Shown piece after piece: positions 32,301 to 39,759 of a stretch of 64,000 bases of DNA (position 1 is its first letter; the number at the start of each line of letters is the position of its first letter). The position numbers and the translations under genes were made by a program. Under the pieces are notes generated by a model. The model saw nothing but the letters and a program-made list of their open reading frames with translations, made no database searches and was not told the DNA's origin. The DNA lies in contig CATNEN010000039.1 in NCBI GenBank assembly GCA_950097015.1, positions 16,058,001 through 16,122,000 on the forward strand. The letters are read 5' to 3'. This stretch comes from Macrostomum hystrix. Lineage: Eukaryota > Animalia > Platyhelminthes.

Positions 32301-34958
32301 GCGGAGTCGGGATTGAAGACAGGGGCGGAGTCGGGATTGAAGACAGGGGAGGAGTCGGGATTGAAGACAGGGGCGGAGTCAGGATTGAAGACAGGGGAGG
32401 AGTCGGGATTGAAGACAGGGGCGGAGTCAGGATTGAAGACAGGGGAGGAGTCGGGATTGAAGACAGGGGCGGAGTCGGGATTGAAGACAGGGGAGGAGTC
32501 GGGATTGAAGACAGGGGCGGAGTCAGGATTGAAGACAGGGGAGGAGTCGGGATTGAAGACAGGGGCGGAGTCGGGATTGAAGACAGGGGCGGAGTCGGGA
32601 TTGAAGACAGGGGAGGAGTCGGGACTTGCAAACTCCTTAAAAAATCCATTTTGATTTTATAGTCGGCTCGGCAACTTTTCAATTTGGCCGCCACGGCAGG
32701 CCCGGACGTTTGAGCTTTGAATTCGCCGACGAAACTTTTCTGCCGACAACGAAACGCGACGACATCGCTTTCGGCTTCCAGACTGTTCGAGAAAATGCGC
32801 CACTGGTGCGAGTTGACGCAAGAGAGGATACCAGCGACTACATACTCATCAGCATAGTGAGTACTATGGGGAAGACAGACTGGTGTGTGTGAGGTAAACA
32901 GAGGACGATTAAGACTTGGAAAGGAAAAAAGGGTTGAATTAAGATTTAGCTACATGTTTTCTGTTCTCAACAGGTTAATCGTCAGATTAGAGTTGAGTAC
33001 AACATGAAGTCCAGCACTATAGCCCTGGACAGTCCTGTTCAAGTCTCCGACGGCCGCTATCACAGGATTCGCTTCCTGCGCGAGGAGACACGCGGTAGCC
33101 TGTTTATCGATGACTACGGGCCGCAGATAAAGCATCCTGGTGAGGCTACTCAGACCGTTCACCTGAACTCAACAGCCTGCACCTTGTCAGAAAACTGACA
33201 GCCTAACCTTCCTCAACCACTTTGGCATCTTTATCCTGGCCTCTTCTTTTTCCTGTCTCATATCTCAGCTGTCTCATCTCACCTGTCTCATATCTCACCT
33301 GTCTCATATCTCACCTGTCTCATATCTCACCTGTCTCATATCTAACCCCTGTCTCATCTCACCCCTGTCTCATCTCTCCCCTGTCTCGTCTCTCCCCTGT
33401 CTCATCTTTCCCCTGCCTCATCTCTCACCTGTCTTATCTCTCTTGTTTCTCATCTCTCGCCTGTCTCATCTCTCCCATGCCACATCTCAGCTATATCAAT
33501 CTGTTGTAATTAGATTATCTCTATAGCCCGTATCGTCGAAGTAATTACCCCATTCACCTGCAGACGCCAGCGTTGGTACAACTTTTAACTGGCAAAAGTA
33601 CATTCAAGTTGGCCGCTTAATGACCAGAGCAGTCAGCGGAAGCGGCCGACATCGCCGAAGCATCAGCCAGACGGCGCTAGACGACAGTCAGCACAATTTT
33701 CAGGGCCACCTGGTCGGCCTGGTGTTCAATGGACTTCCTTTGAATCGCATCGCCGCCGGCGAGGACGCGGTCAGAGACTTGGCCAGACTGCGAATTGAAC
33801 GCGAGGGCGACGTCCAGCAGGTGGCTGACTTCCGTCCTAATCTGGAAGGATTTCCACCCAAGGACCGACCTGAGTACTATCGCAACGCAGACCTGATGCC
33901 AACAACTGTGCCTGTAAGTGCTCCGAAACTTAATCTGTGAATCAGCACTTTTCACCCTCATTTTGTCAACCCCTTATACTTTAACTCCTACCTCCCTCCA
34001 GTCCGATTGGCCGCTGTCAACCCCTTCTACTCCAACTCTCACCCTCCCTCCAGTCCGATTGGCCACTGTCAACCCCTTCTCCTCCAACTCTCACCCTCCC
34101 TCCAGTCCGATTGGCCACTGTCAACCCCTTCTACTCCAACTCTCACCCTCCCTCCAGTCCGATTGGCCACTGTCAACCCCTTCTCCTCCAACTCTCACCC
34201 TCCCTCCAGTCCGATTGGCCGCTGTCAACCCCTTCTCCTCCCCACCTCATTCACATTCCAATCTGGATTGGCCTGGTCTTATCAATTCCCTGAAAATGCT
34301 TTCCACATTTAGCCGAGTCAAACTCCGGTTCGCTGCACAGCCGAGAATCGATACCGCAGTGATTGTATCAATGCGCGCGGAATTAACCTTCCAGATTACA
34401 GAGGCGGCTCGGATAATAGGTAAAACAAATCAATTTTTTAAATTTACCATTGGACTAGGTTTTTTAAGTATAAATTAATCAATTAATCAATAATTATACT
34501 AAACCAGATCGCCGACGAACAGTCCATCGCCAGTCCGAGAACCAAACGCGGCATCTCTGCCTTCTCAATCTTCCTCGTCATCTGGCGAGAGTGGCAACGT
34601 CGGCGTCGGCGGTAGCGGCGACATGACCTCGGCGAAGCCACCAGTACAGGTGGCCAAAATCAACCTGTTCGTCATAGTGGCCGTCGGCGCAGCCGGGGCC
34701 ATCCTTCTACTCGTCTTCTTCTGCCTCATCTACCGCTGCCGGAGCAAGAACGAAGGATCCTACCGGGTGGACGAGACACAGAACTTTGCTAACGACGGCA
34801 TTGGCGGTCCCGGCATCCAGTTGGATCCCGCGTTGAAGCCTCTGCGATCTGACGGCGGCTCCTCTTCTAGGCGACATCTGAACGGCGACGCCAGGGGGGT
34901 CAGCGGCAGTGGGAAATCGGGCTCCAGAAAGCGAGACATGAAAGAGTGGTACGTCTGA
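2192..34958 (+). CDS. NRXN: Alpha-neurexin, 5'-incomplete, 14 exons (~1377 aa in window)
   Basis: Manually spliced GT-AG exons with consistent phases, total 4136 nt. Domain order is LNS2-LNS3-EGF-LNS4-LNS5-EGF-LNS6-stalk-TM, with a juxtamembrane EGSYRVDE motif and C-terminal KEWYV. Confidence 0.95.
2355..3345. repeat. 22-bp minisatellite (GTGGATAGATCAGTGTCTAGAT, then a ...CCTTGTT variant)
   Basis: Tandem units in two sub-arrays. Confidence 0.95.
3880..4650. repeat. 17-bp pyrimidine minisatellite (CTCTCACTCTCCCCTCC)n
   Basis: Tandem units. Confidence 0.95.
5047..6050. repeat. 21-23-bp minisatellite (GGGTGTGTCAGATAATGAGAGTT)n
   Basis: Tandem units. Confidence 0.95.
6096..6319 (+). CDS. NRXN: Neurexin exon (LNS2 middle)
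   Basis: ctag|GCACT...GAAAAG|gttcga. Encodes DFISVGLQNGSLSL...FADSRWHRLQILR. Confidence 0.9.
7277..7790. repeat. 9/18-bp minisatellite (GTCAGGAAT/GTCAGGGGT)n
   Basis: Tandem units. Confidence 0.95.
8320..8450. repeat. ~20-bp minisatellite (GTTGTCAGGAGATGGGGTAG)n
   Basis: Short degenerate array. Confidence 0.85.
8555..8725 (+). CDS. NRXN: Neurexin exon (LNS2 C-terminal part)
   Basis: ttcag|GTGGAG...GAGAG|gtggct. Encodes LYLGG...FFKGCMRE. Confidence 0.9.
8815..9117. repeat. 12-bp minisatellite (GCTAGAATCGTA)n
   Basis: Tandem units. Confidence 0.95.
9697..10650. repeat. 12-bp minisatellite (GGAATGGTAGAT)n
   Basis: Tandem units. Confidence 0.97.
10718..11910. repeat. 16/32-bp minisatellite (GTGAATGGTAGRRTGR)n
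   Basis: Tandem units. Confidence 0.95.
12775..12990 (+). mobile_element. SINE family B copy (Deu/Nin-like core)
   Basis: B-box GGTTCGATTCC. The core CATTGCTTCAGTTCACCCAGCTGTTAAATGGGTACC resembles the Deu/Nin SINE domain as recalled, not aligned. Confidence 0.6.
13079..13707 (+). CDS. NRXN: Neurexin exon (end of LNS2, LNS3)
   Basis: cgcag|GCGCGA...AAAAG|gtgatt. Encodes SVSFCFVTNEPDALLLY...DFLAFELRRGRLHVLVDAGAG...LDLGAKIYLGG. Confidence 0.9.
13790..14232 (+). mobile_element. tRNA-derived SINE family A copy with an internal ~27-bp tandem repeat
   Basis: GGGGTCCAGTGGCAGAGCGG head and GCTCGATTCC. Homologous to 1489-1720. Confidence 0.75.
14237..14991 (-). mobile_element. Non-autonomous PIF/Harbinger DNA transposon
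   Basis: TIR GGCCCGATTTCATAAA/TTTATGAAATCGGGCC with a 3-bp CAG TSD (14234-36, 14992-94). Subterminal ACAAG repeats and a transposase N-terminal remnant (FSERFRL...LLQIVAP). Confidence 0.85.
15550..16308. repeat. ~25-bp minisatellite (CTACTAATCCATCCTGATCCCCACY)n
   Basis: Tandem units ending ~25 nt before the acceptor. Confidence 0.95.
16335..16648 (+). CDS. NRXN: Neurexin exon (end of LNS3, EGF2)
   Basis: tgcag|GTTCAT...CAGC|gtgagt. Encodes CASLPCSNGGICSEGWRRFKCDCSRAGFTGVDC. Confidence 0.93.
16665..16893. repeat. 14-bp minisatellite (GGGATCTTGGATCT)n
   Basis: Perfect tandem array. Confidence 0.97.
17385..17832. repeat. ~21-bp minisatellite (TTAGATTCTGATCCCCATGGT)n
   Basis: Tandem units. 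Confidence 0.93.
18320..19575. repeat. 45-bp minisatellite
   Basis: Unit CATAAAATTGAGTTCAATTCTCGGTCATAAAATCACTATTAAATT. Confidence 0.95.
20183..22450. repeat. 24-bp purine-rich minisatellite (GGGGGAGAAAGTCAGAGAGACACT)n
   Basis: Tandem units with higher-order blocks. Confidence 0.97.
22587..22816 (+). CDS. NRXN: Neurexin exon (LNS4 N-terminal part)
   Basis: ggcag|GTGCT...AGTCTG|gtgaga. Encodes LLFDGTG...EEVTLRFRT...DTMRLELKDG. Confidence 0.9.
22833..23192. repeat. 15-bp minisatellite (ATTGGGATCTGTGTC)n
   Basis: Starts ~17 nt after the donor. Confidence 0.95.
23920..24275. repeat. (TTAGA)n microsatellite
   Basis: Pentamer array. Confidence 0.97.
24970..25312. repeat. (CTCCT)n microsatellite
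   Basis: Pentamer array with GTCCT variants. Confidence 0.97.
25930..26850. repeat. CT-rich ~10-bp repeat (CTTCCTCTCC)n
   Basis: Polypyrimidine tandem array. Confidence 0.95.
26976..27090 (+). CDS. NRXN: Neurexin exon (LNS4 middle)
   Basis: tgcag|GCACTC...GAGAA|gtgagt. Encodes GYILTDGLWHRVRISRREFTLAMTLDD. Not in the ORF track. Confidence 0.9.
29828..29950 (+). repeat. Dispersed repeat fragment (second copy at ~57671-57800)
   Basis: Shared TATGAAATACACTAGC...TCTCGACGGTCT...GCGCAACAAAAAGTTGGCCC. Confidence 0.75.
30409..31154 (+). CDS. NRXN: Neurexin exon (end of LNS4, LNS5)
   Basis: ctcag|GCGTG...TTTCAG|gtggga. Encodes HFRTGQANGLLL...DFLLLELLNG...LDDNRWHQV...LFLGG...GFQ. Confidence 0.93.
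31245..31601. repeat. 38-40-bp minisatellite containing CCAATAAA
   Basis: Unit AGCCAATAAAACACATCCAGGGGTGGTGGGTGATGGAGCT. Confidence 0.97.
31635..31926 (+). CDS. NRXN: Neurexin exon (end of LNS5, EGF3)
   Basis: tgcag|GGCTGT...CGAG|gtgagc. Encodes GCLGSV...CHSQMCYYGGHCLQQRDSVACLCDATSFTGEWCN. Confidence 0.93.
31936..32625. repeat. 24-bp minisatellite (AGGGGCGGAGTCGGGATTGAAGAC) x29
   Basis: Fills the intron between EGF3 and LNS6. Confidence 0.97.
32663..32856 (+). CDS. NRXN: Neurexin exon (LNS6 part 1)
   Basis: tatag|TCGGC...AGCATA|gtgagt. Encodes PTTKRDDIAFGFQTVRENAPLVRVD...DYILISI. Confidence 0.92.
32974..33139 (+). CDS. NRXN: Neurexin exon (LNS6 part 2)
   Basis: aacag|GTTAAT...CCTG|gtgagg. 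Encodes VSDGRYHRIRFLRE...LFIDD. Confidence 0.92.
33250..33490. repeat. ~16-bp minisatellite (CCTGTCTCATATCTCA)n
   Basis: Degenerate tandem array. Confidence 0.9.
33564..33913 (+). CDS. NRXN: Neurexin exon (LNS6 part 3, start of stalk)
   Basis: tgcag|ACGCC...GTGCCT|gtaagt. Encodes TTFNWQKYIQVG...FQGHLVGLVFNGL...IEREGDVQQV. Confidence 0.92.
33990..34240. repeat. 52-bp minisatellite containing CCGATTGGCC (~5 units)
   Basis: Tandem units. Related degenerate copies at ~29195-29380. Confidence 0.95.
34313..34419 (+). CDS. NRXN: Neurexin exon (stalk Cys-loop)
   Basis: tttag|CCGAGT...AATAG|gtaaaa. The 107-nt exon bridges the phase-0 donor and phase-2 acceptor and encodes C-x9-C. Confidence 0.85.
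34508..34958 (+). CDS. NRXN: Neurexin last coding exon (stalk, TM, cytoplasmic tail)
   Basis: accag|ATCGCC. TM INLFVIVAVGAAGAILLLVFFCLIY, then RSKNEGSYRVDETQNF and KEWYV-stop. Confidence 0.95.
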
Positions 34959-34999
34959 TCCCGGACAACACAGCCATCGGAATCCCGAGTCCATATCTG

Positions 35000-35436
35000 A
35001 AAACCCCTCAGCCTTATCTGGCCACCAATCCCCAGATCCACAAACCCCTCAGCCTTATCTGACCACCAATCCCCAGGTCCATAAACCCCTCAGCATTATC
35101 TGACCAGTAGAATGTGTATATTTTCATATTTTCAAATATTTTACCAGCCTTATCTGACCACCAATCCCCAGGTCCATAAACCCCTCAACCTTACCTGACC
35201 AGCAATCTCCAGGTCCATAAACCCCTCAGCCTTATCTGGCCACCAAACCCCAGATCCACAAACCCCTCAGCCTTATCTGGCCACCAAACCCCAGATCCAC
35301 AAACCCCTCAGCCTTATCTGGCCACCAAACCCCAGATCCACAAACCCCTCAGCCTTATCTGGCCACCAAACCCCAGATCCACAAACCCCTCAGCCTTATC
35401 TGGCCACCAAACCCCAGATCCACAAACCCCTCAGCC
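35000..35436. repeat. ~41-bp minisatellite in the neurexin 3' UTR
   Basis: Unit AAACCCCTCAGCCTTATCTGGCCACCAAACCCCAGATCCAC. Confidence 0.93.
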
Positions 35437-35685
35437 AAAGACAAAACCCAGATCCAAAATCCGTAAACTCTGCCCTAGCTATGGGGCTCATCGCTCTGTC
35501 TCCACTTGTTCTTACTGATGGCCAAACAGAATGACAATGCGAAACTATCTTGGTTAGTTTTTTTAATATAAAAGCGTTTTTGCAGTACTTGGATTACATT
35601 CTGATATGCTCACAGATAATTAATGTATATGAGCCTGAATATTATCTAAAAATTGCATTTGTCTCGTGAAAATCTATCTGCACTC

Positions 35686-35769
35686 AATAAACTCCTCCAG
35701 TATATCTGTATACATAAATAGCTTTAAAAACTCTTGATTTCCTCTCTAAATGCAGAGGTGTTTAATAAA
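35686..35769 (+). terminator. Candidate polyadenylation signals of neurexin
   Basis: AATAAA at 35686 and 35764, followed by T/GT-rich sequence. The true site cannot be determined. Confidence 0.35.
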
Positions 35770-36977
35770 TGGTTTATTTTGTAACAATTCGCACTTCAAA
35801 ATTTGCCTGTAGTTTGTTTTTCTGTGCATTATTATCACCCCACAAAAGTTTTTTGCATTAAATATTAGCTAATTAGTTTACTTTCCATTTTTTACTTTTC
35901 CTATACTGTACCTTGCACTGACCAATATATTGGCTGGCCAGTAGACTATATATTATTCTATATCATTGTCATTTGCTATAATATACAAATTTATAAAGTT
36001 ATATGCAAGCAATGGACTACTAAAAAGTTGTTAAGCAAAACAATTTTTTTAACTTTTATGTGAATTAGCGATTAGTAATGCTATTCGCTATATAAAAGTT
36101 GTTTTTAGAAAAATTAAAAAAATTATAGCAAAATTATAGAACAATGCATGTTCAAGTGTTCATTCTGCGCAGAGTTCTAGAGTACATAATACTTTTTTGT
36201 TTAATTGCTTGGTCACGATAATTCAAAAAGTTTGATCGTTTAATTTGTCTAGTTAGTATACAACATTTTTTTTATGCCAATAGATTTAAGCAGGGATTTC
36301 AACATGACACTATTTTCGTTTAAAATAGGAACACAACTCATATATAGTTAGCCGTTCAAACTTTCTTTAACTGTTGGAAACAATTTCATTAAAATTACGA
36401 GAACTTTATGGATGAAATCTGTATGCGAAGACATAGTCTGGAATGCTTACGAAACACGGACAGTTTACCAAGATTAACTTTCACATTATAAATAAACAAT
36501 TTACTCATGTCGAAATGTATTTTTTATCTCAACAACGCGAAGCACAGAGGTATAGTAGCTCAATTTGAATGCGTATATAGTAGCTGCAGACCGAGTTTTG
36601 ATTTATAAAACAAACAGATTTCGAAAGCTTTCTGGTGATTCACACACCTGTAAATTTGAGCTGTCATCGTGTATTTTCATGTATTTTAAAATTGATCTAG
36701 AAAATGTTCTGCGGAATATATTATACATCGTTTTCGCAATCTATTGTGTAAATAAAATTTTAATTGATTGATTAAAAGACTGAATCACTGGCGTGCATAT
36801 TTTTATCTATACATTATTATGTTTTACTATTCTCACTTATTGATAATCAACAAAAGATTAGATTGGAAAAAAGCAATTTGTAATAATATATATTAACTCA
36901 AAGCTCATATCCTAAATGTACACTTATCGGTCACTCAGACACCTGCAATTGATTGTGGAACTCAGGGGAATGTAGAT

Positions 36978-37170
36978 TATGAGACTGTCACACTGGATTG
37001 TGAGACTGTCACACTGGATTGTGAGACTGTCACACTGGATTGTGAGACTGTCACACTGGATTGTGAGACTGTCACACTGGATTTTGAGACTGTCACCACA
37101 CTGGATTTTGAGACTGTCACACTGGATTGTGAGACTGTGAGACACTGAATTAAACTGGATCACACTGGAT
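36978..37170. repeat. 21-bp minisatellite (TGAGACTGTCACACTGGATTG)n
   Basis: Tandem units. Confidence 0.9.
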
Positions 37171-37324
37171 CTCGACCAAAAAGGTGCGGCCTTTGTCGGT
37201 GAAGACCGCAAAGTTGCAGTGAACTGCACGGTGTCATGCTTGCTTGGCCCTAACGTGGATTTTAGACTCCTGTAAGCTGCTGCTGTCAGCGATCCGTTTC
37301 CTTCCTTCCAAGCCATGTGTGGCC

Positions 37325-37450
37325 AGCCGGGAACAATGGGCATTGCGAAGGATCCACTGGAGGCAGAAGCTGTGGCGTCCGGCGAGTGATTTTCACAGAT
37401 GAGAGCAGCTTTCGATTGTTCCGTGCCGACGATCGACGACGACGAGTTGG
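37325..37450 (+). mobile_element. Tc1-like transposase fragment (frameshifted)
   Basis: QWALRRIHWRQKLWR, then a frameshift, then RVIFTDESSFRLFRADDRRRRV, which is the region of the first catalytic Asp. Confidence 0.75.
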
Positions 37451-38574
37451 TAACAACTACCGCAAGATCGTCAGACTTCCTCGAATCAATCACCTGGCCC
37501 ACTTGCTGCCATGTGCTGCTCAAGTGGTTCCAACAAGCGGCTCTGCACGCCAGACTCGATTTAATCCACGATTGGAGAACCTCCTTGGGCAATCACCTTC
37601 TCAAGACGCTCAATCTAGAAGTCAAGTCGGTAGCGACACGCTTCTTGAGATCCAAGGAATAGCTCGACATTTTGTGACAACTTGGGGTGACAGAAATCCG
37701 CGGATTGAAAACGAAGCTTTCGAAATAAAAAGGTGAACAGCATGAGTCCATTTTGCATATCAGGGTTAAAATTCCCGGCAGAAGTTTGGCCATAGACATA
37801 TTATAAAAATGATGCTTTAAATTACCGGAGTATGTCAAACTCTCGGAAAGCAAAGCCAGCAAGATTCTGTCCGGATACTTTTTGCGCACCCGGTATATAT
37901 ATAGCAAGGTCAGCCGCTATCCATTGGACTCAGTATATATTAGTTTTTTGAGTCATGAACATGTATTCCACATAAACAAATTAAGAAAACTGTAATTTTT
38001 ATCATATATTCAATAGGAGAGTGTGTAATTCTACGCATCGAATGTATATTTACTGCTTATGAGAATATGAAGATGGTTTTAATTACTGTTTAAATATTAC
38101 AAACCGGCATATAGTTAAACTGCGACGAACAATGTCAAAGCAAAGTTTAAATAGACCAACAAATTATTTTGAAAGCTATAACTTATATATAACAAAATAT
38201 GAATACTACGGTAAGAAAACAGCTAGTGGTGATTATAAAAGAGTGTAAATGATTGAAGTTGAAATTGAAATATGTTGTATCGTTTTACAGTAAACTGCAG
38301 TTTAAAAAATTTAACGAACAACTGAGTATAAATAGTCATGCTACACGCGCAAAATTGCGTACCAATTTAAATTTAAATTTTCAATTGAGATCGCTCAATT
38401 ATCCGGTTCCTATCCAGTATCGAAGGAAGAAAAAACTAGAAATGTTTTTTATAACAAGTACATAAATATACCTATACTAGCACTATACTTATAAAGTACA
38501 TTTAACAGCAAATATATACAGTAGCTATATTTAAACTATTTTTTTTATATTCACCGTTTCATGCCTTTCAGTTG

Positions 38575-39666
38575 TTACTGCCTGACAAAGCAAGTTTTCT
38601 TAGAAAGCACTCCCCGCCGAATGCTGGCATTGAACGCCAGTGCAACGCACGGCACAGCAGCGCAATTAAGAAAGAACAAATAATAGACCGTGATCTCTAA
38701 ATGAACGAAGCCGAAATTGTCTAGAAGCATTGGCAGCAGGCAGATAAACTGAATGGCATTGCCAGCAACTAGCGACAGCAGCGGCTTGGCCATCTGTTCC
38801 ATCGTTGCCTGCCTTCGGCTAGCCTCGGAGTAGGCCGACGAGCTGCTGAAGGAGCTGACCGTGCGGGACCGGCCTCGCTTCACCATCAGAAGGCCGGTGC
38901 CAACGTAGCAGGTGAACGACAGGGCGTAGTAGCCAGCCGCCAGAGTCGCCTTTGTCAGGGCGTTGACCCGCCGTTGCACGCTGAGCATTGAGCAGGCCAG
39001 CTCGTTGGTCATGCTTGGCGAGGCGAGGCTGGCGTAGAGCCAGATGTGCAGACAGAATTCGCCAGCCGCAGTTACCAGGAGGCTGCCAGCTGTGACGCAG
39101 TACAGCAGCCCGACTGTCCAGCGCTTGCTGACAGGCGAGGCGATGGCCAGCAGACGGTCCAGTGCCAGCAGGCTGTAGGCGCTCACCTCGTTGCCAATGC
39201 AAACATCTCGCAAGCTAATTAACAGCTTTGTGGCTGAATAGGACCGGCTTAGGTAGACATTTTCATCTTCGGAGGTCCAACTGGGCGATATCCAGGTGTC
39301 ATTATTTGTACGATTGTGATAGCCCACGCCGAGTACAAACAGCAGTGAGAATAGCAGCACGGCTGCTATGAGCTCATAAGTGCATAGCAACAGTGTGAGG
39401 TAGCGAAATGTGCGCCGGTTGATGGTCACCTGGCCGCCAATGATGACCCGAACAATGACCGAGTTGCCTACAATGGCCACTAGGCCTACTAAAGAATAGA
39501 TGATAAAGAAGTGAATACCGCTGGCTATTCTGGGTTCGTACAGTTGCTCGTAGTGGGAGCAGTGGAACACCGACTGTGGCGTGGTTTCCAAGCCGGACCA
39601 GTTGCCAATATCGAGGGTGTTGCCAGAAGGAAGTTTCCCGCCAAGTTCGTAAGTCGAGTCAGCCAT
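38575..39666 (-). CDS. Divergent rhodopsin-like (class A) orphan GPCR, 363 aa, single coding exon
   Basis: About 7 hydrophobic segments, TM1 GN motif, ALDRLLAI (DRY-like), and NxS/T sequons in the N-terminus and first extracellular loop. Confidence 0.88.
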   Translation of the reverse strand: MADSTYELGGKLPSGNTLDIGNWSGLETTPQSVFHCSHYEQLYEPRIASGIHFFIIYSLVGLVAIVGNSVIVRVIIGGQVTINRRTFRYLTLLLCTYELIAAVLLFSLLFVLGVGYHNRTNNDTWISPSWTSEDENVYLSRSYSATKLLISLRDVCIGNEVSAYSLLALDRLLAIASPVSKRWTVGLLYCVTAGSLLVTAAGEFCLHIWLYASLASPSMTNELACSMLSVQRRVNALTKATLAAGYYALSFTCYVGTGLLMVKRGRSRTVSSFSSSSAYSEASRRQATMEQMAKPLLSLVAGNAIQFICLLPMLLDNFGFVHLEITVYYLFFLNCAAVPCVALAFNASIRRGVLSKKTCFVRQ

Positions 39667-39759
39667 GCGAGTTTGGAGATCGACTTGATGGCTGATTGAC
39701 TTTGGGAAGTTTCTAAAAAATGGGATTATTCAGACTGGTTGGATTTTTTAGCTGTTCGC

